Below, one piece after another: positions 43,101 through 52,400 of a stretch of 64,000 bases of DNA (its first letter is position 1; every line of letters begins with the position of its first letter). The stretch is from Nitrospinales bacterium (GTDB taxonomy: Bacteria; Nitrospinota; Nitrospinia; Nitrospinales; VA-1): NCBI GenBank assembly GCA_965223795.1, contig CBDCXL010000001.1, positions 256,001 to 320,000 of the forward strand, written 5' to 3'. Below the pieces are notes generated by a model. That model ran no database searches, had not been told where the DNA came from, and was given only the letters and a program-made list of their open reading frames with translations. A program made the translations under genes and the position numbers.

Positions 43101-44930
43101 ATGAGCGAAATCTTCAAAATCAGCGACAAGGTGCGGGCGCTGCCGGTGGTGCACGGCAGCGGCAGCTACACGCGCGAGGTGCGCCAGCGCATCCTGGCTT
43201 CGGGCTGCGACTGTCTCGCGGTGGCCCTGCCGCCGGAGTTCCAGGCCACGGTCGAGCAGGGCGTGGGGCTTTTGCCGCTGATCTCGCTGAGCTGCATGGA
43301 GGAAGCGGACGGAACGCAGAGCTACGTTCCCGTCGATCCGACCCAGCCGGTCATCATGGGCCTGCGCATCGCTTTGCAGGAAGGCATCGCGCGCGAGTTC
43401 ATCGACCTCAGCGTGAAATCCTTCGAGCCGCGGCGCGTGGATTTTCCCGACACCTTCGCGCTGCGCGGGCTGTCGATGGAGAAGTTCAACGCGGCGCTGC
43501 TGCCTTTCATCGAGCGGCCCAAGCCCGGCGGCCAGCACGACAAGCGCGCGCGCTGGATGGCGTACCAGCTCAACCGGCTGGAGCTGGAATATAAAAGCAT
43601 CGTGCTCATCTGCTCGGTGCTCGACTGGCCGTGGATCCGCGAGGCCTATCGGGAACGCCGTCCGTACGATCCGCCGGAGACTCCCGACGGCCCGCCGCAT
43701 CTTTTCGGCGTGGAGAAAAACACGCTGTTCTTCGCGCTGACGGAATTTCCCTACATCACCTACCTGTATGAACGCAACCGCAGGGAGCTGCGCTCGGACC
43801 GCGACGTGATGCTCGACGGCGTCAAGGAGATCCTGCTTCGGGCGCGCGAGCTGTTCCTCAAGAAACGCAAGGCGCGCTACCACAACCTTTCGACCCAGTC
43901 CTTCCAGATATTCTTGCAGTACGTGCGCAACCTCACGCTCATGGAGCACCGGCTGACGCCCGACCTGTTCACGCTGGTGACGGCGGCCAAGCAGATCGGC
44001 GGCGACCGGTTCGCCATCTCGGTGCTGGAGGCGGCGCGCGACTACCCGTATCAGGACGAGAGCGCACTGGACACGCTGGCGCTGGGCATCGACCAGGCGG
44101 TGTTCGACGCCGAAGACAACAAGCCGGTGCGGATGAAAAACCGTTTGTCGGAAATCCTGCTGGAATGGCGCTCGCTGGATCTCAAGCCGGAGCCGGACAT
44201 CGACAAGCAGAAGGAATGGAAGTACCGCTGGGACCCGTTCGGCCAGTGCTCCTGGCCGCCGGAGGACGAGAAGATCGAAAACCTCAACACGCACGTGCGC
44301 GAGCAGTCGAAGCTCTTGCTCAGCCACGACCTGGCGCGCACGGAGAAGTTCACGTCTTCCGTCAAGGACGGCATCGATATTCGCGACACGCTGCGCAACT
44401 GGCACACCGGCGACATCTACGTGAAGGAGATCCCGCCCTCGCGCGGCCAGGTGGAGATCGTGGTGTTTCTGTTCGACCCGGAGCCGGACCCGGCGGAGTA
44501 CAGCTGGCGGCAGACCTGGTATGCGGAGCACGATGAAGAATCGACGCTGTGCTTTTACGCCACCGAGTACATGAACCGGCTCATCGGTCCGGGCATCGGC
44601 GAGGCCACCTACGGCGGCTGCATGATGCTGTACCCGCCCCGCCCGATCCCCAACGTGTGGGAGGACCCGATGATCCACGTCGCCGACACGCTGGAGGAAA
44701 AACTGCTGGAGGCGGCGTTCTTCCATTCGTGTGAACGCAACGTCACGGTGGTGTCGCCCTGCCCTCCCCGGCCAAGCTGGCGGCGGCTGGCGCGGCTGTA
44801 CGAAAAAACCATGATCCACCTTCCCATGAAACGCTTCTCCAACCAGACGCTCGAGCGGGTGCGCCGGTTCCACGTTCTGAACGGCAAGGAGATCCGCTCG
44901 TTCGCGCAGCGGTTCATTCAGGACATCTGA
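43101..44930 (+). CDS. Large hypothetical protein, probable partner of the AAA ATPase
   Basis: 609 aa, 16 nt after ATPase; LPVVHGS..LAVALP N-terminus, GIDIRDTLRN motif. Confidence 0.85.
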   Translation: MSEIFKISDKVRALPVVHGSGSYTREVRQRILASGCDCLAVALPPEFQATVEQGVGLLPLISLSCMEEADGTQSYVPVDPTQPVIMGLRIALQEGIAREFIDLSVKSFEPRRVDFPDTFALRGLSMEKFNAALLPFIERPKPGGQHDKRARWMAYQLNRLELEYKSIVLICSVLDWPWIREAYRERRPYDPPETPDGPPHLFGVEKNTLFFALTEFPYITYLYERNRRELRSDRDVMLDGVKEILLRARELFLKKRKARYHNLSTQSFQIFLQYVRNLTLMEHRLTPDLFTLVTAAKQIGGDRFAISVLEAARDYPYQDESALDTLALGIDQAVFDAEDNKPVRMKNRLSEILLEWRSLDLKPEPDIDKQKEWKYRWDPFGQCSWPPEDEKIENLNTHVREQSKLLLSHDLARTEKFTSSVKDGIDIRDTLRNWHTGDIYVKEIPPSRGQVEIVVFLFDPEPDPAEYSWRQTWYAEHDEESTLCFYATEYMNRLIGPGIGEATYGGCMMLYPPRPIPNVWEDPMIHVADTLEEKLLEAAFFHSCERNVTVVSPCPPRPSWRRLARLYEKTMIHLPMKRFSNQTLERVRRFHVLNGKEIRSFAQRFIQDI

Positions 44931-44939
44931 CACCCCTCA

Positions 44940-45398
44940 ATGGAAAGCATGACCATCCGTCCCGGACGCGCCAAGGATCTGGACACCATCGTGGAATATA
45001 ATCTCGCGCTGGCGCGGGAGACCGAATCGCTGGCACTCGACAAGGCGATCCTGCGCGCGGGCGTGGCAAAGGCGCTGGAAAACCCGGAAACCAGCCGCTA
45101 CTTCGTGGCCGAATTCGAAAGCCGGGTGATCGGCCAGACGATGGTGACCTTCGAGTGGAGCGACTGGCGCGACGGCTTCATCTGGTGGCTGCAGAGCGTG
45201 TACGTGCACCCGCAGCACCGTTCGCGGGGCGTGTTCCACTCCCTCTACAGTCACATCGAACGCGAGGCCAAAAAAGATGCGGCGGCGCGGGCGATCCGCC
45301 TGTATGTGATGGAAGACAACGCGCGCGGCATGGGCGCCTACAAGAAAGCCGGACTGGCCCCTTCGGGCTATGTGGTCTACGAGCGCGAGCTGGAGTGA
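44940..45398 (+). CDS. GNAT family N-acetyltransferase
   Basis: WWLQSVYVHPQHRSRGV, RLYVMEDN..YKKAG. Confidence 0.9.
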   Translation: MESMTIRPGRAKDLDTIVEYNLALARETESLALDKAILRAGVAKALENPETSRYFVAEFESRVIGQTMVTFEWSDWRDGFIWWLQSVYVHPQHRSRGVFHSLYSHIEREAKKDAAARAIRLYVMEDNARGMGAYKKAGLAPSGYVVYERELE

Positions 45399-45446
45399 AT
45401 CTCAAGCCTGCTCAACATGCCGAGGCCCCTCTTTCCTTTGTCAGTT

Positions 45447-45926
45447 TCATTTTGCGAATTGCCGGATATAGAGGATCAACTGCCAGATCTGCTTTTCCTT
45501 AAGGTTGTCGTAGGAGGGCATGGAGGTGTGCGGGATTCCGTGGTTGATGGCCCAGAACAGCTGGCCGTCGGGAATCGAACTCATGGTTTCCTTGCAGGTG
45601 AAATTGCGCGGATCGGGAAAGCTCTCAGACGCCATTTCCCCGAGCCCGTCGCCCGCGACGCCGTGACAGTGTTTGCACTGCAGCGTCTTGGCTTTCACCA
45701 TGTAGAGCAGCTTGCCTTTCTTCAGGTTCTTCTCATTTTTTTCCAGAGGATTTGTTTTTTGTAAATACTCCTCAGGCGCTTTTGGGGTGTTCTCCCGCGG
45801 CTGCGGGCATTGGGGTTGCTGCGTGGATTCGGCTGCAGCCACACCTTGCGGCAGGAACGGGATACATAGCTGGATGCCGAAAGCGACCGCAAACGCAAAA
45901 ATGGTTTTTTGAAGTCGCTTCTTCAT
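45447..45926 (-). CDS. Periplasmic monohaem cytochrome c
   Basis: Signal peptide; CKHCHG, PRNFT, DGQLFWAI..SMP. Confidence 0.9.
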   Translation of the reverse strand: MKKRLQKTIFAFAVAFGIQLCIPFLPQGVAAAESTQQPQCPQPRENTPKAPEEYLQKTNPLEKNEKNLKKGKLLYMVKAKTLQCKHCHGVAGDGLGEMASESFPDPRNFTCKETMSSIPDGQLFWAINHGIPHTSMPSYDNLKEKQIWQLILYIRQFAK

Positions 45927-45941
45927 GGCACGGAAATCGAT

Positions 45942-46526
45942 CTAGTTGACGCTGTCCGGTGATCCGAATGAGAACGAATGGTCGCCGCCGTGTCCCTGCA
46001 TGCGGTGCAGGGCCTGCTGGACGCGGTCCGGGAAGGCGCGGTCGCATTCGTTGAGGTAGCGCATCACCGCGATCATCCAGTCGGACTCCTGCGGCGCGCG
46101 GATGAGGGCGATGTTTTCCTTCTCGAATTCCCGGCAGATGCGGTCCTCCGCCTGGGACAGGGGCGGCAGGGTCTCTTTCCTGCGGATGGTGAGCGGGCGG
46201 ATCGGGTCCACCTGGATCACTTCCAGTCCCTGGTATTCCTCGGGTACCTCTTCGGTGACGAATTCCTCGATGGGCACGCCGCTGATGTCCATCCAGCCGG
46301 GGCGGCTGAGCGAAGCGACGTAGAGCGGAGCGCGCTGGATGGCGGCGTGCTCGGCGTGGCCGACGCGCAGGATGGTGGCGCCGGTGCCGGCCGGTCCGAA
46401 CACGGCGAAGTCCCAACGGCCGTAGGTGAGCTGAGTCTGTCTCTGGATGATTTCGGTTTTTTCGAAAGCCTGGGTGATCTTCTCGACGGCTTTTTTGTCT
46501 TTGGCTTTCAGCTTGAACTGCGGCAT
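45942..46526 (-). CDS. Hypothetical protein
   Basis: 194-aa ORF with host-like codon pattern, co-oriented with the cytochrome c gene. Confidence 0.75.
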   Translation of the reverse strand: MPQFKLKAKDKKAVEKITQAFEKTEIIQRQTQLTYGRWDFAVFGPAGTGATILRVGHAEHAAIQRAPLYVASLSRPGWMDISGVPIEEFVTEEVPEEYQGLEVIQVDPIRPLTIRRKETLPPLSQAEDRICREFEKENIALIRAPQESDWMIAVMRYLNECDRAFPDRVQQALHRMQGHGGDHSFSFGSPDSVN

Positions 46527-46555
46527 GGTTCTATCCGAATGCGTTTCTCCGCACT

Positions 46556-46690
46556 ATGAGATCTTTGCATAAGTGGAACACTCAAGAATAATCGTACTCT
46601 TATTGTCACCCTGAGCTTGTCGAAGGGTGCACTGAATCATGCTTCGACAGGCTCAGCATGACAAACAAAATACTTATGCAAAGATCTCAT
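46556..46690. mobile_element. MITE/REP composite element, copy 3 (perfect 19-bp TIRs, core inverted)
   Basis: ATGAGATCTTTGCATAAGT (46556-46574) / ACTTATGCAAAGATCTCAT (46672-46690) enclosing the reverse-complement REP core. Confidence 0.85.
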
Positions 46691-46829
46691 TATAGCATGA
46701 GCGTGGTATCGGCATTTTCATAAATCCGTTTCCGGCCCGGTTCGGTTCTGCTATACTCGAGCCACTGTGTGTCCTCTTCTGGCGCACCGATCGTTTCCAC
46801 TCTTTGTCCCACCTTCGTCTCTCTCCTTC

Positions 46830-48395
46830 ATGGACTCAAACAAGACAGTGAGCCGGGCGGCGGGCGCCGTCGGCGGCATGACGCTGCTTTCGCGGCTGTT
46901 CGGCCTGTTCCGGGATCTGGTCATCGGCATGAAGTTCGGTTCGTCCGCGGCGGCGGACGCGTTCTTCGTGGCGTTTCGCATTCCCAACGTGCAGCGGCGC
47001 ATCCTCGGGGAAGGCGCGGTCAGCGCCGCGTTTATCCCGGTGTTTTCGGACGTGCTCAACACCCGCGGGGAGAAGGCCGCCTGGGAGATGGCGGCGAACC
47101 TGTTCAACATCTTTCTCACCGTCCTTTTTATATTGACGGCGGCGATCGCGTTTTTCAGCCCGGCGGTGATCGCGGTGTTCGCGCCGGGGTTTCTCGACGA
47201 GCCGGACAAATTCGACCTGACCGTGCGCCTCACGCGCTGGATGGCGCCGTACCTGTTTTTCATCGGACTCGCCGCGTTCTGCATGGGCATCCTCAACTCG
47301 TTCCAGAAGTTCGCCCTGCCCGCGGCGGCGCCGGTGCTGCTGAACGTGTGCATGATCCTGGGCGCGCTGGTGGTGTCGCCGATGCTGGAAGAACCGGTGC
47401 TCGGGCTGGTGTTCGGCGTGCTCGCGGGCGGCGTGCTGCAGTTCATGGTGCAGCTGCCGGAGACGCTCAAGCGCGGCTTCCGCTTCACGGCGACGTTCAA
47501 CAGAAAACATCCGGACGTGGTGAGAGTCGGCAAGCTGCTGCTGCCGGTGATGTTCGGACTGGCGGTGTACGAACTGAACATGCTGGTGGACACGCTGTTG
47601 GCGTCGCTGCTGCCGGGCGGCTCGATCTCGTATCTGTACTACGGCAACCGGCTGGTGCAGCTGCCGCTCGGGGTGTTCGGCGTGGCGCTGGGCGTGGCGA
47701 TCCTGCCGACGCTGTCCGCGCAGGCGGCGCGGCGGGAATTCACGCAGCTCATCCAGACGCTGGCGTTCGGCATCCGCTTCATCCTGTTCATCACCGTTCC
47801 GGCGACGGTGGGACTGATCGTGCTGCGCTTTCCGATCGTCAACACGTTGTGGGAGCGCGGCGAGTTTTCCCGCGTCACCACCGAAGGCACGGCGATCGCG
47901 CTGTTGTATTACTCGATCGGGCTGTGCGCGTTCGCGGGCGTCAAGGTGGTGGCGCCGGCGTTCTTCTCGCTGCAGGACACGAAAACGCCGGTGCGCGTCG
48001 GCGTGTGGGCGGCGCTGCTCAACATCGCGCTCAACCTGGCTCTCATGGGGCCGCTGGGTCACGGCGGGCTGGCGCTGGCGACGTCGCTGTCCGCCATCTT
48101 CAACGTGGTGCTGCTGATCCATTTCCTCAGAAAGCGCGTCGGGGTCATGGGCGGGCGGAAGATCCTCGCTTCCACGCTCAAGCTGGCGCTTTCGGCGACG
48201 CTGATGGGCCTTTCGGTACATTTCGCCAGCCTCTGGCTGTTCGACCCGGCCGCCGGGCTGATGCACAAGCTGCTGGTTCTCTTCAGCTGTATCGGGCTGG
48301 GGACGGCGGTGTTCGCATTTTTGTCCTACCTGCTGAAAAACGACGAGCTGTTTTTCCTGATCGATCTTCTCAAAAAACGCCGCGTGGCCGTGTGA
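46830..48395 (+). CDS. murJ: Lipid II flippase
   Basis: SRLFGLFRD, ADAFFVAFRIPN..GEGA, RLVQLPLGV, QDTKTP, GLALATS. Confidence 0.96.
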   Translation: MDSNKTVSRAAGAVGGMTLLSRLFGLFRDLVIGMKFGSSAAADAFFVAFRIPNVQRRILGEGAVSAAFIPVFSDVLNTRGEKAAWEMAANLFNIFLTVLFILTAAIAFFSPAVIAVFAPGFLDEPDKFDLTVRLTRWMAPYLFFIGLAAFCMGILNSFQKFALPAAAPVLLNVCMILGALVVSPMLEEPVLGLVFGVLAGGVLQFMVQLPETLKRGFRFTATFNRKHPDVVRVGKLLLPVMFGLAVYELNMLVDTLLASLLPGGSISYLYYGNRLVQLPLGVFGVALGVAILPTLSAQAARREFTQLIQTLAFGIRFILFITVPATVGLIVLRFPIVNTLWERGEFSRVTTEGTAIALLYYSIGLCAFAGVKVVAPAFFSLQDTKTPVRVGVWAALLNIALNLALMGPLGHGGLALATSLSAIFNVVLLIHFLRKRVGVMGGRKILASTLKLALSATLMGLSVHFASLWLFDPAAGLMHKLLVLFSCIGLGTAVFAFLSYLLKNDELFFLIDLLKKRRVAV

Positions 48396-48404
48396 AGCGC
48401 GGAC

Positions 48405-48432
48405 TTGTCAAAATCCCGCGATCCTCTATAAT
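48405..48432 (+). promoter_or_regulatory. Sigma-70 promoter upstream of thrH
   Basis: TTGTCA-16-TATAAT. Confidence 0.5.
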
Positions 48433-48501
48433 GGCGCGGGTTTCAACGCCCTGCCCTGCGGCAGCGGTGACCGATCGATTTTGTGTGGAAAGGATGCGTT
48501 C

Positions 48502-49119
48502 ATGATCGCCTGTCTGGATTTGGAAGGAGTCCTGGTGCCGGAAGTGTGGATCGCTTTCGCGGAAAAGACCGGGATCGAAAAGCTGCGCCTGACGACCCGG
48601 GACATTCCCGACTACGACGAGCTGATGCGGGGCCGTCTGAAGATCCTGGCGGAAAACAAGCTGAAGCTGGCCGACATCCAGGAGGTGATCTCCGGGATCG
48701 CGCCGCTGCCGGGCGCGTTCGAGTTTCTCCAATGGCTTGAGTCGGAGTTTCAGGTGATCATCCTTTCGGACACGTTCTACGAATTCGCCGGTCCGCTGAT
48801 GGCGCAGCTCGGTCACCCGACGCTGTTCTGCCACAGTCTGGTGGTGGGTGCGGACGGCGGGATCGCGGATTACAAGCTTAGGATCGACGACGGCAAGACC
48901 CGGGCGGTGGACGCGCTGAAGAAACTTCATTTCCGCGTGATCGCGGCGGGGGATTCCTACAACGACACGGGCATGCTCAAAAAAGCCGATGCGGGGATTC
49001 TGTTCCGGCCGCCGGACAACGTGATCGAGGAGTTTCCGCAGTTTCCGGTGGCGCGGACCTACGAGGAGTTCAAGGAAGCGCTGCTTGCGGCGCGCAAGGC
49101 GATCCCGGCGTTCAGCTGA
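48502..49119 (+). CDS. thrH: Phosphoserine phosphatase / homoserine phosphotransferase
   Basis: ACLDLEGVLVPEVW, TTRDIPDYD, LSDTFYEF, AAGDSYND. Confidence 0.95.
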   Translation: MIACLDLEGVLVPEVWIAFAEKTGIEKLRLTTRDIPDYDELMRGRLKILAENKLKLADIQEVISGIAPLPGAFEFLQWLESEFQVIILSDTFYEFAGPLMAQLGHPTLFCHSLVVGADGGIADYKLRIDDGKTRAVDALKKLHFRVIAAGDSYNDTGMLKKADAGILFRPPDNVIEEFPQFPVARTYEEFKEALLAARKAIPAFS

Positions 49120-49122
49120 GAC

Positions 49123-49653
49123 TCACTGCACTTCCGAATCGAGCGCCGATTTGGGCACCCAGCCCATCTGCCCGTTGGTGGAGATTTTCCACCATTCGTC
49201 GGTGCCGTCCAGGATGCTCACCTTCGTTCCTTTTTTCAGCGTGGCGACGAGTTTGCCGTTGTCCTCGGGCTTTTCCCGCATCTTGGCTTTCAGCGTCTTG
49301 ATGTTGTGGATGGTCTTGTAGTCCACCGAATGCGGCTTGGCCGTCTCTCCGGGCGGGGTCTCCTTGGTGATGTGCAGCACCTCTTCCTCTTTGCCAAAAC
49401 TGCTGAAATCGAAATCCATCTTGAACAGCGCGATGGCGCCGAACACCAGAACGATGAGCAGGATGCGGAATCCCGCCTGACCGAAGCTCATGCCCTCGTC
49501 CGGTTCTTCTTCGGGCGGGTTGGGCGGGCCGCAGTGCGGGCAGAACGGCGCGCCCGCCGGGATCACACCCCGGCAGTCGGAGCAGTACTCCTGCCCGCCT
49601 CCGCTTCCGAAAGGGTTTCTGCGGTTTGCGTCCTCGGTCCTAAAATCGTTCAT
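49123..49653 (-). CDS. Zinc-ribbon + TM + bacterial SH3 domain protein
   Basis: CSDC..CPHCG, single TM, C-terminal WWKI..GWV SH3b pattern. Confidence 0.82.
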   Translation of the reverse strand: MNDFRTEDANRRNPFGSGGGQEYCSDCRGVIPAGAPFCPHCGPPNPPEEEPDEGMSFGQAGFRILLIVLVFGAIALFKMDFDFSSFGKEEEVLHITKETPPGETAKPHSVDYKTIHNIKTLKAKMREKPEDNGKLVATLKKGTKVSILDGTDEWWKISTNGQMGWVPKSALDSEVQ

Positions 49654-49657
49654 GGTT

Positions 49658-51166
49658 TCAGTCCAGTTGGTAGAGGGCGGTGTATTTGTTTTCCAGGTAA
49701 TCGATGAAATGCGCGGGGTTGAGCGTCTCCCCGGTGACGCGCTCGGTCAGCTCGCTGGCGCTGTACAGCCTGCCCTGGCTGTGGATGTTCGCGTTCAGCC
49801 AGTCTTTGACGGGAGAGAAGTTCCTGTTTTCGACCTGCGCTTCAGTATCGGGCATTTCTTTTTTCATTGCCAGATAAAATTGACAGGCGTACATCGCCCC
49901 CAGCGTGTACGAAGGAAAATAACCGAACGAGCCGCCGCTCCAGTGCACATCCTGCAAAACGCCCAGCGCGTCGTCGGGCGGGCGGATGCCGAGGTACTGC
50001 TCCATCTTGTCGTTCCAGATTTCCGGCAGCGCGTCCACGTCGACGGCGCCTTCGAACAGGGATTTTTCCAGTTCGTAGCGCAGGATGATGTGCAGCGGAT
50101 AGGTGACCTCGTCCGCCTCGACGCGGATCAGGGAAGGCCGGCAGACGTTCACCGCCTTGTAGAGCGCGTCGACCGAGACGCCCTCGAAGTTTTCCGGAAA
50201 CGCGGCGCGCAGGGCCTCGAGACTGCCCGCGCAGAACGCCCGGCTCTGGGCGATCATGCGTTCCCAGAACAAAGACTGCGATTCGTGGATGCCCATCGTC
50301 AGCGATTCGGAAACGGGGAGGTCGTTGTCCATGCGCCCCTGCTCGTACAGGCCGTGGCCGGTTTCGTGGATCACGGCGTACAGGGATTCGATGAAATTGT
50401 CCGTGCGGTAGCGGGTGGTGATGCGCACGTCGGTCTGGTGGCCGCCGCCGCAGAACGGGTGCACCGAAGAGTCGATGCGGCCGTGGTCGAACGAGAAGCC
50501 GAGCGCGCGGCTCATGGATTTGGCCAGCGCTTCCTGCTTTTCGATGGGGAACTCGCCTTCCAGGAACGTGGTGTCCGGCGGGGGCTTGTCCGCAATTTTC
50601 TGAATCAGCGGAATGAGCCGGGCCTTCACGGCGTCGAAGATGGGCGTGATGTCGGCCTGGGTGGTGCCGCGCTCATAGATATCGATGTTGGCGTCGTAGG
50701 TCGAAAGGTCCGGGTGCGCGTGCTGCGCCCATTCGGTCTTGAGGGCCACGAAGCGCTTGAGCGTCGGGGCGAAGTCGGAAAAGCGGTTGTCCTTGCGCGC
50801 CTGCGCCCAGATGGCATGGCCGCGTGAGCTGAGTTCCGCCAGCTCCTGCACCAGTTTCTTGGGGACGCGGGTTTCCAGGTCGAAATCGCGCTTGGCCTCG
50901 CGGATGTTGCACCACTGGTGCGGGTCGAAACCGTTCGGGCCCTGTGCGTGCAGGGTTTTAAGCCACTCGCCGAGTTTCGGGTCGGTGGTCTTTTCGTGCA
51001 GCACGCCGGCCAGCGCCGCCATCTGCCGGGCGCGCGCTTCGGCGGAACCGGGCGGCATGACGACCTCCTGGTCCCAGTGCAGCGTGCCCATGACGCCGCC
51101 GAGACGGGAAATTTCTTCCAGCCGTTCGGTGAGCTGGGCGTACAGATCCTGTGTCGCTGTGGTCAA
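49658..51166 (-). CDS. Carboxypeptidase Taq (M32)
   Basis: WDQE, HPF, DVRITTRY, HETGH, HESQ, IRVEADE, GYFPSY; TTG start approximate. Confidence 0.95.
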   Translation of the reverse strand: MTTATQDLYAQLTERLEEISRLGGVMGTLHWDQEVVMPPGSAEARARQMAALAGVLHEKTTDPKLGEWLKTLHAQGPNGFDPHQWCNIREAKRDFDLETRVPKKLVQELAELSSRGHAIWAQARKDNRFSDFAPTLKRFVALKTEWAQHAHPDLSTYDANIDIYERGTTQADITPIFDAVKARLIPLIQKIADKPPPDTTFLEGEFPIEKQEALAKSMSRALGFSFDHGRIDSSVHPFCGGGHQTDVRITTRYRTDNFIESLYAVIHETGHGLYEQGRMDNDLPVSESLTMGIHESQSLFWERMIAQSRAFCAGSLEALRAAFPENFEGVSVDALYKAVNVCRPSLIRVEADEVTYPLHIILRYELEKSLFEGAVDVDALPEIWNDKMEQYLGIRPPDDALGVLQDVHWSGGSFGYFPSYTLGAMYACQFYLAMKKEMPDTEAQVENRNFSPVKDWLNANIHSQGRLYSASELTERVTGETLNPAHFIDYLENKYTALYQLD

Positions 51167-51357
51167 TTTCTTCAAGCCGGCTGAAAATTTCGATTTGATG
51201 TGGCTATCCCTCTGAAAATGTACCGTAAACCAGCTGGAGACGCAAAAAAAACCGGGAAACGGGTTCAATACTCAAAAGAATCATGCGCGGCATTCATTTT
51301 TATGGGCCGGATGGTATAATCCGGCTTCCATTTTCAAACCTGTTCAATGCGAATGCC

Positions 51358-51609
51358 ATGAATGCTGAAAACGAAACGGTTCAGTCGATCCGGGGGCGGC
51401 TGGATGTCCTGACCAAAGGGATGGTGAGCGAGGAAAACTCGGTGCAGTATTACGACACGCTGATCGAAAAGACCCTCGACGACAGCGAGGAAAACCGCGG
51501 CAAGCGGCGCATGTACGCGGATCTCAAGCAGGAGGAACTCAAGCATGTGGAGCGCTTTAAAGAGCTGATCGCGCATTGGGAGCGGAAACTCAAGGAGCTT
51601 GAGGGCTGA
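51358..51609 (+). CDS. Small ferritin-like/rubrerythrin half-domain protein
   Basis: SEENSVQYY..L..MYADLKQEELKH: one E..ExxH helix pair. Confidence 0.65.
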   Translation: MNAENETVQSIRGRLDVLTKGMVSEENSVQYYDTLIEKTLDDSEENRGKRRMYADLKQEELKHVERFKELIAHWERKLKELEG

Positions 51610-51670
51610 TGCGGCGTGGATCTTTAATGAGAACGCAGGCTGACACGGGAAAACGGTCCGGGGGGTGGGC

Positions 51671-52081
51671 GTGACTGTGAAACGAACCGGTTCCTGCCTG
51701 TGCGGCGAAGTCCGGTTTGCAGTCGAGGGGGAATTCGACAGCTTCTATCTGTGCCACTGCGACCGCTGCCGCAAGGACACCGGATCGGCGCATGCGGCCA
51801 ATCTGTTTTCCCGTTCGGCCAGGCTCCACTGGATTTCCGGACAGGAAACCGTAAAGACGTATCGCCTCCCCTCCACACGGCACGTCAAAAGCTTTTGCAC
51901 CGTCTGCGGTTCCGCCATGCCCAACATCCAGATGGAAGGAACTCTGCTGATGGTCCCGGCAGGCAGTCTCGATACCGATGTCTCCATGACGCCGACGGCG
52001 CATATTCATGTGGCGGACAAAGCCGGTTGGGATGAAAACCTGGAACGCGTTCCCCGGTTTGCAGAACTGCCGAAATCCTAG
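51671..52081 (+). CDS. GFA (glutathione-dependent formaldehyde-activating/CENP-V) family protein
   Basis: GSCLCG, CHCDRCRK, FCTVCGS. Confidence 0.92.
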   Translation: MTVKRTGSCLCGEVRFAVEGEFDSFYLCHCDRCRKDTGSAHAANLFSRSARLHWISGQETVKTYRLPSTRHVKSFCTVCGSAMPNIQMEGTLLMVPAGSLDTDVSMTPTAHIHVADKAGWDENLERVPRFAELPKS

Positions 52082-52250
52082 ACAGTTCGTTTGTCATTGA
52101 GGAGCGGATGCCATGCCCCATCTGAATCGTTAAGCGCAGCTTTCCCTGGCCTTTCACTATATATCGTGTTTTTTCTTCGCGGTTTTACCGGCCCCCTCGC
52201 ATCCCCTTGAATTTCCCCATTCTATCGGCACGCGGATGCGGCGTTATCGA

Positions 52251-52279
52251 TTGACATTGGCGTGTCCGTCAATTAGAAT
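52251..52279 (+). promoter_or_regulatory. Sigma-70 promoter of the iron-uptake operon
   Basis: TTGACA-17-TAGAAT. Confidence 0.75.
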
Positions 52280-52297
52280 TGATAACAATTCTCATTA
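52277..52297. promoter_or_regulatory. Fur box
   Basis: TGATAAC-A-ATTCTCA vs 7-1-7 consensus TGATAAT-N-ATTATCA, abutting the -10 and covering the likely TSS. Confidence 0.75.
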
Positions 52298-52400
52298 TTA
52301 ATATAGTGTTGCCATCGCGCTGTGTGCATTTGACAGCTTATTGATTCATAAACAGTTACCCCGTATTCATCGCCCAGCGGGATCTACAGGTGAATTTTCC

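Noticed and set aside
38900..46690. Repeated palindromic sequences as a CRISPR array
   Set aside because: Copies are kilobases apart in separate intergenic gaps, with no repeat-spacer periodicity and no cas genes
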